This document shows, piece after piece, positions 40,211 through 50,499 of a DNA stretch of 64,000 nucleotides (positions within the stretch are counted from its first letter, which is position 1; each line of letters begins with the position of its first letter). The stretch comes from Candidatus Bathyarchaeota archaeon. GTDB lineage: Archaea > Thermoproteota > Bathyarchaeia > Bathyarchaeales > Bathycorpusculaceae. The translations under genes were made by a program, and so were the position numbers. Where the stretch lies: the NCBI GenBank assembly GCA_963826715.1, contig CAWGYA010000008.1, positions 992,001-1,056,000 on the forward strand, in the 5' to 3' direction. The notes beneath the pieces are model-generated. The model was given only the letters and a program-made list of their open reading frames with translations, ran no database searches and was not told the DNA's origin.

Positions 40211-40732
40211 TTAATGTCGTAACAATTCTCTTGTAAATAACCCAACTTTTTTGTCTGTAATTGGAAGCCCCGTTTTTGCTGCGACTATTTCCATTGTGTC
40301 TTTCACAATGTTTTGAGCAGCTTTTGCCACTTCTTCTGAGACCCCCATTTCGCCACTAAAAATGCCTTTGCAGTTTTTGACTGCGGCTGGATTTAACTCA
40401 ATAATAATCCTCTCTGCTTTATAATCAAAGTCCTTTATAATAAAGGGGTCCAAAATACAAATTGACGGTTTGATGTCCTGAATTTTACATGTGTTTAACT
40501 TGCTTAAAAAGAAACATCTCCCGTCTTTCTTTCTGCGAATACTTCTGTTATTAGAATCATTTGGCGATTCCAAAAAATTAACAAACCCCTTGGCTTCAAT
40601 CCTTAATTGTTCCTTCAAATTAATGTCCGAAGGCTGATCTCTACAACAAACCCCACATTTCTTGCAATGAAAACTAGTCGACTCTGGAAATGTGACATTT
40701 CCATATTCCATATTAACCATAATTTTACACAT
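40211..40732 (-). CDS. YkgJ-family cysteine-cluster protein
   Basis: FHCKKCGVCC, CFFL...CKI...KP.IC..DPF. Confidence 0.85.
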   Translation of the reverse strand: MCKIMVNMEYGNVTFPESTSFHCKKCGVCCRDQPSDINLKEQLRIEAKGFVNFLESPNDSNNRSIRRKKDGRCFFLSKLNTCKIQDIKPSICILDPFIIKDFDYKAERIIIELNPAAVKNCKGIFSGEMGVSEEVAKAAQNIVKDTMEIVAAKTGLPITDKKVGLFTRELLRH

Positions 40733-40882
40733 TTATAATAATAGAAAGTCAAAGTTTTTAGTCTATCCTAAAAAGATTTCCCATTTTTGCCAAATTGGCT
40801 TTCGATTATTTTGTTTTTGGAAAATCTCTTAATTTCACTAGTTTTTAATACCCGACTATTTGACTCTTATCTGAGGATCCAC

Positions 40883-41227
40883 TTGCTCTTTAAACACAAA
40901 AATAAATCTCAACCCCATCTTCAAGTAGACTTAGGCGATCTGCAAAATGAAAGGCAGCGACTGAGCGATTTTATCCAATTACACCTAAAAGTTTCCGTTT
41001 CCAAAGAGGGTGACAAATTGGTGGTAAATTCCGATAAGGTGAACCTTCAGGAATTGCAACATACTGTAAACAAGTTTGTTTACCATCGAGACCTAAACGG
41101 TACTTATTGGGTCTCAGCGGAAGGTTCAATTGTGAAAATTAATCGCTTCAAAGGCAAAGAAAAGAAAAAAGAGCATCATGAGACGGAGTTGCCGCATCAA
41201 ACCGCCATCCAAAGCTGGGGACTATAG
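40883..41227 (+). CDS. Ribosomal protein eL22-like protein
   Basis: Pattern VD.....L.DFI..HLKV.V..EG.KLVV.S....EL...VNKFVYHR.L..YWV....V.I.RF parallels eL22; TTG at 40883 after GAGGA. Confidence 0.6.
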   Translation: MLFKHKNKSQPHLQVDLGDLQNERQRLSDFIQLHLKVSVSKEGDKLVVNSDKVNLQELQHTVNKFVYHRDLNGTYWVSAEGSIVKINRFKGKEKKKEHHETELPHQTAIQSWGL

Positions 41228-41332
41228 AAAAATAGATATAACCATTAATTTGTTAGCGTGCTTCTAAACCTAATTTTATATGACCGCAAATCTTAAAACT
41301 AAATCTCCTTTACTTGTAATTGAGGAAACCTA

Positions 41333-41677
41333 ATGGTTTATTGTAGTAGATGCGGCACCCAAAATCCCGATACTCACACTCATTGCACTAACTGTGGCGC
41401 ACCCCTCTACACGGTAGGTCAACGCTACCCCGGAAGTGACAGAGAACATTACCGTCGAGTGGAAAATGAATGCTTCGGCTTGCCCAACGGAGGCATGATT
41501 GTGAGCATCGTTATTGGTTTAATAATCGTTCTTGTAGGGTTAGGTTTGTTCTTGCAAGCTACATATGGCATATCGGTGGATATATGGCCCTTCATAATAA
41601 TTATCTTCGGGGTGCTTATTGTGCTTGGTGGAATTTTTGGTCGGAGGCGACGTAATGAACGTCCTTCGAAGTCCTAA
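41333..41677 (+). CDS. Zinc-ribbon membrane protein
   Basis: YCSRCG.QN....HCTNCGAPL followed by two TM helices. Confidence 0.8.
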   Translation: MVYCSRCGTQNPDTHTHCTNCGAPLYTVGQRYPGSDREHYRRVENECFGLPNGGMIVSIVIGLIIVLVGLGLFLQATYGISVDIWPFIIIIFGVLIVLGGIFGRRRRNERPSKS

Positions 41678-42365
41678 AACAGCGTCCACACTCCAAACAC
41701 GTTTTTTTATTGTTCCATTCTGAGAGCAAAATCCTAAACCATAACATAAATACTATCAATCCGAGGACGTAGCTATCAATAAGCAAGCTTTGACCAACTA
41801 AGTCTGTCGTAATCATACTAATACAGGATCCAATCACGAATAATGTATTTGCCGCCATTTTGGCGTAATCCCTTAGTTTTATTTGAACTAAACCCGCGAG
41901 CATCATAATTTCTCCTGTTATCAAAATCCATAATTCTCCTGTTTGAAAATCAAAAAAATTTAAAGAAAACAAAGTTATCCCAGCCATGGCAATTGTGGCT
42001 CCGAAAAGTAAACCACTACAGGCGGCACAAAAAACCGAGCCTCTTATTGTGATTCGATTAGACGAAAACTTTTCACAGTTTGGATGGTGCCCTTTAAGCT
42101 GGTCTTCTAAATTTGTTGGGTTCTCAGAGTTTTGGTTGCTTCTTGGATTTTGGAAAATCATACGACACTTACCTGGATAAAAAACCGCAACTACGCCCAA
42201 GACACAAATAACACTATAAATAGTGCCTACGAGCGGTCGCCGAATATATGAGGGATCTATTTGCAGATTGGGCTGTAGCAAAAGAATAGGGACAAGCACT
42301 AATCCAAAAAGTGAAGCCCCAAATAAAAACGGCAAGAAAAACTTGGAGGATATAGATTGAGTCAT
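41616..42365 (-). CDS. Cys/His-motif membrane protein
   Basis: Multiple TM helices, GHHPNC..F, FCAACSG and C-terminal CLEC; ATG at 42365 just after the radical SAM gene. Confidence 0.75.
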   Translation of the reverse strand: MTQSISSKFFLPFLFGASLFGLVLVPILLLQPNLQIDPSYIRRPLVGTIYSVICVLGVVAVFYPGKCRMIFQNPRSNQNSENPTNLEDQLKGHHPNCEKFSSNRITIRGSVFCAACSGLLFGATIAMAGITLFSLNFFDFQTGELWILITGEIMMLAGLVQIKLRDYAKMAANTLFVIGSCISMITTDLVGQSLLIDSYVLGLIVFMLWFRILLSEWNNKKTCLECGRCFRTSKDVHYVASDQKFHQAQ

Positions 42366-42373
42366 GGTTTTTC

Positions 42374-43798
42374 CTAGAACATCGATTTGATTTTGCCCAG
42401 CACACCCCATGTGGCCATATGCCTGAATGTGCGCCGTTTCATTGGATTGTTAGAGAACATCCCTCCAAATCGTCTGCTCCAAGAACCGTAAAAATTGCGG
42501 TAGCAACCATAAAGTTCCTCTTGTATTTGGTAGGTAGATAATGTTTCGGTTGGCATGATGGCATGAATCATGTCGTAGTGGCTCCAATTATGGTCTTCGA
42601 TCCAACCGTTGCGTTCAGCCTCGGCATATATTTCTGTGCCAGGAAAGGGTGTTAGGATGCCGAACATTATGAAGTCTGGATCCAAATCGTTGGCGAACTC
42701 TCTTAGTTGCTGAATGGATTGGTGAGTTTCTTTGCGGTTGCCAATTATAACCATGGCGTGGGCAAAGATACCGTTGTCCTGTAATAGCCGTACCGCCGTT
42801 TTTGCATCATTTGGTGTGATGCCTTTTTTGAAGTAATCCAGTGTGGCAGGATTTGAATTTTCTACTCCAAGCAGCACCCAGCTTAATCCAGACTTAGATA
42901 GGCGGGGCAAAAGGTCTTTATTGCGGATTATGTCATCGCAGCGAGCCTGCACAAACCACGTCACATCTTTAGGTAACTGTTTAGCGATGATTTCCTCAGC
43001 AATTTCTTGAGGACGCTGTCCTGTGCCAAAGTTGTCGTCGGTTAACCAGATCATTTCGCTACCGAATTCTCTACTGCAATATTCCATTTCGTCAGCAATG
43101 CGCCTCGCCGGTTTGAGGCGCCAGCAGCTTTGCCAATGACTCCACTGGGTGCAAAAGGTACATTGATGGTTGCATCCACGTGCGCCTTCTATAAGCGCAT
43201 ATGGTGCTCTTTTGCCTGCCATGACTGAGAAGTGGTATTTGGGCATGTTGTCTTTAACGAGATGGTAGCCTGGAAACGGTAAATCCTCCAAGTTTGCAAT
43301 TAATGGCCTTGAAGGGTTATGTGAGACAGTTACGCCGTTCCTATATGAGATGCCTTCAATATTGTGTAAACCTGTATCTTGCTGTTTTGCCTTCACCAAT
43401 TCAGATAGTGTCTGTTCTCCCTCACTACGTACGATTACATCGATGTCTTGGTAAAGCTTGAGGCTGTCTTGGGCTGTTGAGGTAAAATGTTGTCCACCTG
43501 TTATTGTAAGCGCATTTGGTGCCATTCGTTTAGCAATTTCCAGAGTTTTAACGACCGCATAAGTGTTACATGTAGCCAGAGAGGCACAAGCTACCACATC
43601 TGGGTTTGAACTGGCAATGCGCTCCTCTAACTGTTTCCAATCAACTTTCTCTGCGTTGCAATCTAGAATCTCTATTTCGATGTTTTTGTTTTCTCTTTCA
43701 AGATAGGCGGCGAGTTGGATTATGCCATAAGGTGGGGGCAGATATTCACCCATGACAAACCATATGTCTTTAGGTGGCTCGATGAATAGGACTTTCAA
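42374..43798 (-). CDS. Cobalamin-binding radical SAM enzyme
   Basis: N-terminal B12-binding domain (PPYGIIQLAAYL, GG.H, EGEQT), ARGCNHQCTFC, DDNF, GVE and TPFPGT. Confidence 0.92.
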   Translation of the reverse strand: MKVLFIEPPKDIWFVMGEYLPPPYGIIQLAAYLERENKNIEIEILDCNAEKVDWKQLEERIASSNPDVVACASLATCNTYAVVKTLEIAKRMAPNALTITGGQHFTSTAQDSLKLYQDIDVIVRSEGEQTLSELVKAKQQDTGLHNIEGISYRNGVTVSHNPSRPLIANLEDLPFPGYHLVKDNMPKYHFSVMAGKRAPYALIEGARGCNHQCTFCTQWSHWQSCWRLKPARRIADEMEYCSREFGSEMIWLTDDNFGTGQRPQEIAEEIIAKQLPKDVTWFVQARCDDIIRNKDLLPRLSKSGLSWVLLGVENSNPATLDYFKKGITPNDAKTAVRLLQDNGIFAHAMVIIGNRKETHQSIQQLREFANDLDPDFIMFGILTPFPGTEIYAEAERNGWIEDHNWSHYDMIHAIMPTETLSTYQIQEELYGCYRNFYGSWSRRFGGMFSNNPMKRRTFRHMATWGVLGKIKSMF

Positions 43799-43981
43799 AT
43801 GCGCGGTCTCCTAGTCCTGATTAGTTAATTATGCTTATTAGACTGCCGTTAATTTTCTAAGACTAAATTTTGAATTAAGGTTCAAATGGTTATTTAGTCT
43901 TGAGACGTGGTCTTATTTTGCATCTTAACCTGAATAACTGCCCGATGAGTCGAAATATATGTAATACAAAAAATTTCGCTT

Positions 43982-44056
43982 AAAAAGGCGGGTTAAGAGT
44001 TGTGCGGAGATGCAAAGCGTGATGGCGAGCCATCAGATGCATTCCCTCTTAACCCA
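43982..44056 (-). ncRNA. Candidate nested-hairpin small RNA
   Basis: 10-bp terminal stem GGGTTAAGAG/CTCTTAACCC, inner ATGCA/TGCAT and TGATGG/CCATCA stems, followed by TTTTT on the minus strand. Confidence 0.4.
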
Positions 44057-44325
44057 TTAAATAAATTGGTTAGTTAAGCTGAAAAGTTTTATGAAAGCAG
44101 AATTCATATTTTAGCACATATTTTGCTGTTTAACCATTATGAGAACTGAACCTGCAGATGCCAGAAACGAGAGGATGGGATAACGTAACTGTGAGTGTTT
44201 TTTATTCTATGGGTTGGGATTGGCAAAAAATAAAATTGATGTAACTCAATTGGATATAAGAGATTGATTGGGCACTGAAGTTTTTGTTTAAAAAAATGTG
44301 TGAAAAAATAAAATCGTTGCTGATC

Positions 44326-44559
44326 TTACTGTACAGATTGAACTTCCTTTATTTCTGGAACTTGCGTTTTAAGGTGCGCTTCGATGCCGTTTTTTAGCGT
44401 CATCTGCGACATAGGGCAGCCTGCGCAATGTCCAACCAAGCGGACCTTCACTATTGAACCTTCGACAGCAACAAGTTCTACATCTCCGCCATCCATTTGA
44501 ATTTGGGGTCTTATGTCGTCAAGAGCAGCTTGGACTCTTTTCTCGATTGATTCAACCAT
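44326..44559 (-). CDS. NifU C-terminal/NfuA-type Fe-S carrier
   Basis: IRPQIQMDGGDVELV, GHCAGCPMS.MTLK.GIE. Confidence 0.93.
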   Translation of the reverse strand: MVESIEKRVQAALDDIRPQIQMDGGDVELVAVEGSIVKVRLVGHCAGCPMSQMTLKNGIEAHLKTQVPEIKEVQSVQ

Positions 44560-44791
44560 ATAGCTTCACGTTAGCTATTTTGAATTGGTTGGATTATAAA
44601 AAAGATTCCTGTCGGCTACCATCTTTCATCCATTTCAGGGAACGAGCTGACCTCGTAGCTAAATCAATTAATGTCCTTAGAAAGAAAACGTGTTTATTTG
44701 TCTTTAAAAAACAGGTAAAAACGCAGGTGGCGGCAAAAAGGTAGATTTTAGGGGTAATTATATTAGTAAGGCAGTAGAGTTTGACCATGAA

Positions 44792-45676
44792 ATGTCGCAC
44801 AAAGACCCTGCATCTTTCATGGCTCATCAGACAGGGAAAACAAAATACTACGGTATAATCTTCATAGTAATCTTAGCTATTCCCATAGGCATACTTCTCT
44901 ACCTAATCGCTCAGGGACCGTTGGCTTTTGCAGCTGCAATGTTTGTAACCCTCATTGGGGTGCTTGCCTTTTTAACATACTTCACTCTCAAAAGTGGTAG
45001 TCTCAAATACGAAGTAACCCCCCGAGAAGTCCGAGTCGCGTTTGGATTACTCACTAAAAGGGTGCCCTACAAGCAAATCGTCAAAGTGGAAAAAGCCGAG
45101 ATGAGCCTCTCTCTGCGTCTCTTCGGCGCTAGCCTACCGGGTTTCCATTGGGGTTTATTTACAACAAGCATTGGTAGAGTCCACGTTTACGCTACCAAAA
45201 TCAAAGGTGAATTTGTAATTGCCACCTTGAAAGATGGCGAAAAAATCGCACTCTCCCCCGAAGACCCCGATCAACTCATTGCAGCCTTAAACGAAAATAC
45301 TGCAGTATTTAGCAGCCAAACCAAGCAAGAAATCACTATCCAAATGCAAGCTCAAAAAAAACTTGCCTATTTCCAAGTCGCCGCGGTCACCATTGCCTAT
45401 CTGGTTTTTCTAGGTTACTTCTTTTGGGTTTACGCATCTCTTCCGCAGACTGTTCCAGTTCATTTCGGCTTTGATGGGATAGCTAACCGCTGGGCGGACA
45501 AATCGGAATTGTTATGGGTTGCTGGAATTGCAGCTGTTTTTCCAGCTATTAACGCCGTTTTAACTTTAAAATTCGGTAAATATGAGAGATGGATGGTGAT
45601 TTTGTTAGGTGCCATATTCGTAGTAACAATAGCCGTGTTCGTCTACGCTATCAATACCATAGTTACAGTAGCATAA
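44792..45676 (+). CDS. Membrane protein with bacterial PH-like and DUF1648 domains
   Basis: RLFG...PG..WG.F and LSPEDP (PH-like); LPQTVPVHFGFDG.ANRW (DUF1648). Confidence 0.8.
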   Translation: MSHKDPASFMAHQTGKTKYYGIIFIVILAIPIGILLYLIAQGPLAFAAAMFVTLIGVLAFLTYFTLKSGSLKYEVTPREVRVAFGLLTKRVPYKQIVKVEKAEMSLSLRLFGASLPGFHWGLFTTSIGRVHVYATKIKGEFVIATLKDGEKIALSPEDPDQLIAALNENTAVFSSQTKQEITIQMQAQKKLAYFQVAAVTIAYLVFLGYFFWVYASLPQTVPVHFGFDGIANRWADKSELLWVAGIAAVFPAINAVLTLKFGKYERWMVILLGAIFVVTIAVFVYAINTIVTVA

Positions 45677-45695
45677 AACACAAATGAGCGTGTAC

Positions 45696-46166
45696 TTACT
45701 TTGGGCTTACGTTTTCTTTTAATTGGCATGCGAATTTTTTTGCTTTCTTTATTTCTTTACTGTTGGGATGCCCCTTGTTGACACCGCCGAATAGTTTGAA
45801 AATTCGATAATAGTCTGTGAAGCCTCGACAAGAGTACTCACCAATAATTGTGTAACCTTTAGCTGTGAGTTTATCTTTGAGATTGCGGTGATAGCGGCTT
45901 TCAAAGAGACTGTTTCTGCCTCGTGTAGAGAAAATAAAGACTTTTTTGTCTTGACGTGGTAATGAATCAACGAAGGCCAGCAAATTTTCATCGTGGCTGC
46001 CGTAGAATATGCCTGAGCCAAACCCGACTAGATCAGCCTCAGTGGCATCGCTGGTTTGTGCATACGTAGGTTGTACGACTTTAGCATCCAGAACTGATGC
46101 CATGGCTACCGCAAGCTTTTGGGTATTGCCTTTGTATTTTTGGGAACACACAATCGTTGTTTTCAA
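45696..46166 (-). CDS. Flavodoxin-family protein
   Basis: S..GNT.KLA, GFGSGIFYG, FIFSTRG and GHP; probable TTG start at 46166. Confidence 0.85.
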   Translation of the reverse strand: MKTTIVCSQKYKGNTQKLAVAMASVLDAKVVQPTYAQTSDATEADLVGFGSGIFYGSHDENLLAFVDSLPRQDKKVFIFSTRGRNSLFESRYHRNLKDKLTAKGYTIIGEYSCRGFTDYYRIFKLFGGVNKGHPNSKEIKKAKKFACQLKENVSPK

Positions 46167-46358
46167 GTTTATATCAAAGCCTTTAGAGGAAGTCGATGAC
46201 TTAAATTTTTCATTTCGCAAAACCTTGACTTAGTGAGATAAGTCTATTTATCTGCCGTTCGTTGTTCAATATTTCGGGTTAGCTTTCAAAAATTTTTGCA
46301 TGCACTGCCGGATTCCGGTTGTGGCTCCAACTGTGGCGTTGCCGAAACAAAGCAGTAT

Positions 46359-46598
46359 TCACTCAGGCGGATGTTTAATCCATACCTTATTCTTTTCCTG
46401 CATCTTAACCCGCCCCTCTGTCTGCATTAGCTGGACCTGAAAATCAACAAATCGGTCGTCGCCGGAGGAGACTTCTTTGCGGATAGCGTCTTGCAGCTTG
46501 GGCAAGTTAATATGTTCTGTCGAGCCTACGATGCCCCAGAAGTGGCGTTGGATGTTCTCCCGCATTTTCTGCGTATTTAAATCCGCGATTTTAGTCAT
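46359..46598 (-). CDS. Small hypothetical protein (79 aa)
   Basis: ATG ORF 6 nt downstream of the Cys-rich ORF; helix-rich with a C-terminal beta-hairpin-like segment. Confidence 0.65.
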   Translation of the reverse strand: MTKIADLNTQKMRENIQRHFWGIVGSTEHINLPKLQDAIRKEVSSGDDRFVDFQVQLMQTEGRVKMQEKNKVWIKHPPE

Positions 46599-46604
46599 CT
46601 GTTG

Positions 46605-46724
46605 TTACCTTGCGCAGTAAGGCCATTCATCTTTGGTTTTATGGTAAGCTGCACATTCTTGGCAATTGCTATGGCGAGGGCAACTTTTTTTTGGGCATGG
46701 ACAATGAGGGGCTAAATCCGACAT
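46605..46724 (-). CDS. Unannotated 39-aa Cys/His-rich microprotein MSDLAPHCPCPKKSCPRHSNCQECAAYHKTKDEWPYCAR
   Basis: CxC...CxRH..CxxC...H.....PxC pattern; closely coupled to the next gene. Confidence 0.7.
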   Translation of the reverse strand: MSDLAPHCPCPKKSCPRHSNCQECAAYHKTKDEWPYCAR

Positions 46725-46817
46725 AATTCATATTGCATAGTTCGTTGAATATAACAGTTCTTTAATTTTGGAATTGCAATAGAAAATGTTCTTTAAAGCA
46801 AGAGCGGATAAAACTAT

Positions 46818-47612
46818 ATGGCTGATATATTGGATTCACTAAAAAAGCTGGCGGCCTTCTTAATTGTCATATTGTTTTTGGCAGTTGTCACAATTGTCAT
46901 TTTTCATTTCTTTATAGCTGAACCCACAAATTTATCTATATTTTTGAAGCAAGTGGGTAACATATCCATAATTCTTGTTTTTTCGCTAATTGTCCTTTAT
47001 TATCTATCCCATGTAAAAAATCTCTTGTCACCACATATCGGCCTGCAGGCAGCTACCATTATTCAGTTTCTCTTTATTGGACTTGCCCTTCTCATAATGA
47101 CATTTTCTATCTTAGCAAACTTTAACGTTAGCCTCACCACCCTGCTCACAGGCGCAGGCATAATCTCCATCACAGTCGGTTTAATCATATCCACATTCGT
47201 CGGAGGCATCCTCTCAGGAGCATTGGTTTTTACAACCTACCAGTTCAAAATAGGCGAAGATGTTATGGTTAACAACGTTCCTGGAAAAATCGTTGATATG
47301 ACCGCTCTTGTTATGCGTATAAGAACTGATGTTGGACAAATTACCATCCCCAACAGCGCCGTATCTTCAGGAGGTGTAATTATAACTTCAGTACGCAAAC
47401 CTGAACCAGCCCAGGAAACCAGGCTCAACTATAAGGTGGGCGACCGTGTGATTACTTCCTTTAAACTCGAGGAAGGTAAGGTAAAAGAAATCACCGCTTT
47501 CCATACGACTGTTCTTTTGGATTCAGGTCGACAGATTACTTTCCTAAACAACAGTGTATTAATGGGTGCGGTTGCGATTGCTAAAGTGACTTCTAATCCG
47601 CCGCCAACCTGA
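46818..47612 (+). CDS. MscS-family mechanosensitive channel
   Basis: TM helices ending in GAG...VGL, then FKIGE.V...G.I...IPNS and a second Sm-like repeat (YKVGDRV...G.V.EI..FHT). Confidence 0.85.
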   Translation: MADILDSLKKLAAFLIVILFLAVVTIVIFHFFIAEPTNLSIFLKQVGNISIILVFSLIVLYYLSHVKNLLSPHIGLQAATIIQFLFIGLALLIMTFSILANFNVSLTTLLTGAGIISITVGLIISTFVGGILSGALVFTTYQFKIGEDVMVNNVPGKIVDMTALVMRIRTDVGQITIPNSAVSSGGVIITSVRKPEPAQETRLNYKVGDRVITSFKLEEGKVKEITAFHTTVLLDSGRQITFLNNSVLMGAVAIAKVTSNPPPT

Positions 47613-47728
47613 TTTTGTTATCTCATTTTATTATAAACCACTAACCCAAGGCTTCAGCGCCAATAGCAAACAGTTTTTGTCAGTTTAGTTTTTTGGTGCC
47701 TTTTTTTTTTTATCTTTTCTAAAAAGTT

Positions 47729-49690
47729 TTAAAGGAATAGCGAGAGCAGCCTATAGGCTAAACCTCCCACTAGTAATGCCGCGCCTATATTTGCGGCGGT
47801 TATCGCTGCGGTAGCTTTCCAGCCGAATTCTTTGCCCAAAATTGCTACTGTCGATATACAGGGAATGTAGAGCATCGCTACCACGGCAATTACCACTAAC
47901 TGCACGGGTGTGAAGCCCACAAGAAGGTTGGTGGTCCCGAGAATCGATACTGCGCCGAGGAGCACAAATTCTTTGCGAATTGTTCCTAAGATGAGTAGAA
48001 TACCTGCTATGGTTGGTAATCCGAGCCACCAAACAGTCAATGGCGCCATTGCATCGCTGATAGGTGTTAACACATTTAAAGCGTAGGCGGCTTGGATGAG
48101 TGCGCTGCCTATGATGTAAATGGGAAACACTACGTAGATGATGGATTTAGTGCGTGTCCAAGTCTGCTTCAGTACTATTTTGAGGTTGGGCCGCTTGAAG
48201 CTACTCATCTCCATGATTAATCCTGTTGATTTGCCCGGAACTGCTTTCATTGCAACTCTACCTAACGCGAAAATCACCACCACATCAACCACATAAAGCA
48301 GTAGAGCCCACTGGATACCGACGAATAAGCCCACCATGCCGAAGAGAATGATTGTTCGGGCAGAACAGGGTGCGAAAGTTATAGCGAAGGCAGCGAGTAG
48401 TCTTTCCCGTCGTGTTTCCATGATTTTACATGCTTGGATTGCTGGAACGTTGCATCCAAATCCCAAAATGATTGGGATTAGCGCTTTACCATGTAGCCCC
48501 ATCTTGTGCATGGCGCTATCCATCATGAAGGCGACGCGGGTTAACAAGCCTGAATCCTCAATGGCTGCCAAAAGCAAGTAGAAAGGAATCACGAATGGGA
48601 TAATCAGTGTTAAACCTGCGGCTATGCCGCCCCAAACGCCGTTTAAGAGAATAGCGAGAATCGGTTGAGAAGACATTAAAACAGGGTCTACAGGTTGAAT
48701 CAAGTTTAACCCGTCTGCAATTACAGTTGATATAGCATTGCCGATAAAGAATGTCCAAAGTAGCAACCCCGCTATGACGCCAACGGAGGTGAAGTACCCT
48801 AAGACGCGGTGAGTAGTTAACCATTCCAGCTTATCGGAGAATGTATTCCATATCTCGCTTTGCTGTAACGTTGAAGCCGCAATTGAGCTTGCTAGTGCAT
48901 ATCTTTCTGAAGCGATAACAGAGAAACAGGGTTCCTCACAGTTTACCTGAAGTTCGTTCCCAATTACCTTAGCATATTCAAAGACTTTTTTGAATTTTTC
49001 AGCGAATTTTTTGTTTATTTCACTGTCGCCTTCAAGAAGCTTAATTGCTAGCCAACGGGCAGGATATTGGACTTCAAGATTTTCTTTTTCTACTATCTGT
49101 TGCAGTTGTTCGATTTTCTCTTCTATGTCTCGGCGGTATTTGAGGTGTTTGGTTTTTGGTTTCTCTAAGGCAACTCTCACCACTTCACCCATGAGTTCAT
49201 AAATGCCTTCGCCGCGTGTTGCCACCGTAAAGACAACGGGAACGCCTAGTTCCTCTTGGAGTTTTTCTTTATCAATGATTATGCCTTTCTTTTTTGCTTC
49301 ATCTACCTGGTTTAAACAAACAATTAGTGGAACACCCATCTCCATAAGTTGAATGGTGAAAAAGAGGTTGCGCTCCAATATCGATGCGTCAAGTATGTTA
49401 ACAACTACGTCGGGTTTCTCTAATGCGATGTAGTCGCGGGAAACCATTTCCTCCATTGAAAATGTGGAGAAGGAGTAGATTCCTGGCAAATCAATGACTG
49501 TTATGTCATAGCCTTCAAAACGTAGAGTGCCTTCGGCGCGGTCTACGGTTTTGCCTGGCCAGTTGCCGATAACCTGGTCCGAACCTGTGAGATCGTTGAA
49601 GATAACGCTTTTGCCCACGTTTGCGTTACCAGCTAATGCTATGGTTAAATGCTTATCATTTGCTACTTTTTTTTTCTGGTTGGGCCTCAT
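47729..49690 (-). CDS. feoB: Ferrous iron transporter FeoB
   Basis: [41 protein letters not shown] and LYIPC. Confidence 0.97.
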   Translation of the reverse strand: MRPNQKKKVANDKHLTIALAGNANVGKSVIFNDLTGSDQVIGNWPGKTVDRAEGTLRFEGYDITVIDLPGIYSFSTFSMEEMVSRDYIALEKPDVVVNILDASILERNLFFTIQLMEMGVPLIVCLNQVDEAKKKGIIIDKEKLQEELGVPVVFTVATRGEGIYELMGEVVRVALEKPKTKHLKYRRDIEEKIEQLQQIVEKENLEVQYPARWLAIKLLEGDSEINKKFAEKFKKVFEYAKVIGNELQVNCEEPCFSVIASERYALASSIAASTLQQSEIWNTFSDKLEWLTTHRVLGYFTSVGVIAGLLLWTFFIGNAISTVIADGLNLIQPVDPVLMSSQPILAILLNGVWGGIAAGLTLIIPFVIPFYLLLAAIEDSGLLTRVAFMMDSAMHKMGLHGKALIPIILGFGCNVPAIQACKIMETRRERLLAAFAITFAPCSARTIILFGMVGLFVGIQWALLLYVVDVVVIFALGRVAMKAVPGKSTGLIMEMSSFKRPNLKIVLKQTWTRTKSIIYVVFPIYIIGSALIQAAYALNVLTPISDAMAPLTVWWLGLPTIAGILLILGTIRKEFVLLGAVSILGTTNLLVGFTPVQLVVIAVVAMLYIPCISTVAILGKEFGWKATAAITAANIGAALLVGGLAYRLLSLFL

Positions 49691-49709
49691 CTGGTGGTCA
49701 TCTCAGGCT

Positions 49710-50426
49710 TTATCTTGGGGTTGGCTCTACGAAAACTTTAGATGCGATACCTCTGCCTATGGCGAGTTTGGAGCGGCGCACAGAAACCTCGATTGGTCCC
49801 TCGAAGGGTGCAGCTTTGATGAGCGTAATTTTTGTGCCAGGTGTCAATCCCATGTCAAGAAGGCGCTGAAGTACAGTGTGACCACCTCGAATGAACTGGA
49901 TTTTGCCCGATTGCCCAGCTTTTAGCTCACTGAGTGCTAGTAGGTTTTCTTTGCGTTTGCCCACTTCCTCGAGACCTTGGCTATGAAGTTTTATGCATTC
50001 CTCGCAGGTGGAAAATGGAAGGTCGCAAGCGGGGATGGTTTTGCCGTCGTCGCTGCAGGTGTCAGGATGTTTTAGGAAACGACACAGGGATTCTTCAGCT
50101 TCGTCGGACAGGGAATGTTCCATGCGGCAGGCTTCCACATGGACTTTGTCTTTGCCGATATGGAGTACGTCGCTGAGGAAAGTTTCAAGTAAACGGTGTT
50201 TGCGAGTGACTTTTTTTGCTTCTTGTAGTCCTTTGTCGGTGAGGGTGCTGCCCTGGTATGGGTGGTATTTGACGTAGCCTTCTTCGGATAGTTTTTTGAG
50301 CATTTCGGTGACGCTGGCGGGAGAGACGTTTAGTTTTTGGCTGATGTGGGTGGTGCTGACTAGGTCACCGTTTCGGTTTAGGTTGTAGATGGCTTTTAGG
50401 TAGTCTTGAGTTGATTTTTGCTCCAT
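49710..50426 (-). CDS. DtxR/IdeR-family metal-dependent repressor fused to a C-terminal FeoA domain
   Basis: DYLKAIY, VSPASVTEMLKKL, RKHRLLE.FL and EACRMEH; C-terminal RLLDMGLTPG. Confidence 0.95.
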   Translation of the reverse strand: MEQKSTQDYLKAIYNLNRNGDLVSTTHISQKLNVSPASVTEMLKKLSEEGYVKYHPYQGSTLTDKGLQEAKKVTRKHRLLETFLSDVLHIGKDKVHVEACRMEHSLSDEAEESLCRFLKHPDTCSDDGKTIPACDLPFSTCEECIKLHSQGLEEVGKRKENLLALSELKAGQSGKIQFIRGGHTVLQRLLDMGLTPGTKITLIKAAPFEGPIEVSVRRSKLAIGRGIASKVFVEPTPR

Positions 50427-50443
50427 TTGTCTCGTCCCTGTTT

Positions 50444-50499
50444 TTTAGGTGTGCCTAAATTAGGTTTTTTAACCATATAAAGGTTTAGGCATGCCTAAA
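50444..50499. promoter_or_regulatory. Two DtxR-type operators TTTAGG-N4-CCTAAA flanking the TATA box of the dtxR-feoB operon
   Basis: 50444-50459 tttaggtgtgcctaaa and 50484-50499 tttaggcatgcctaaa (perfect palindrome); minus-strand CTTTATAT lies between them. Confidence 0.8.

Noticed and set aside
43990-44055. Cobalamin riboswitch (TAAGAGGGAA resembles the conserved AGGGAA)
   Set aside because: Lacks the T-loop hairpin and the downstream B12 box; too short.
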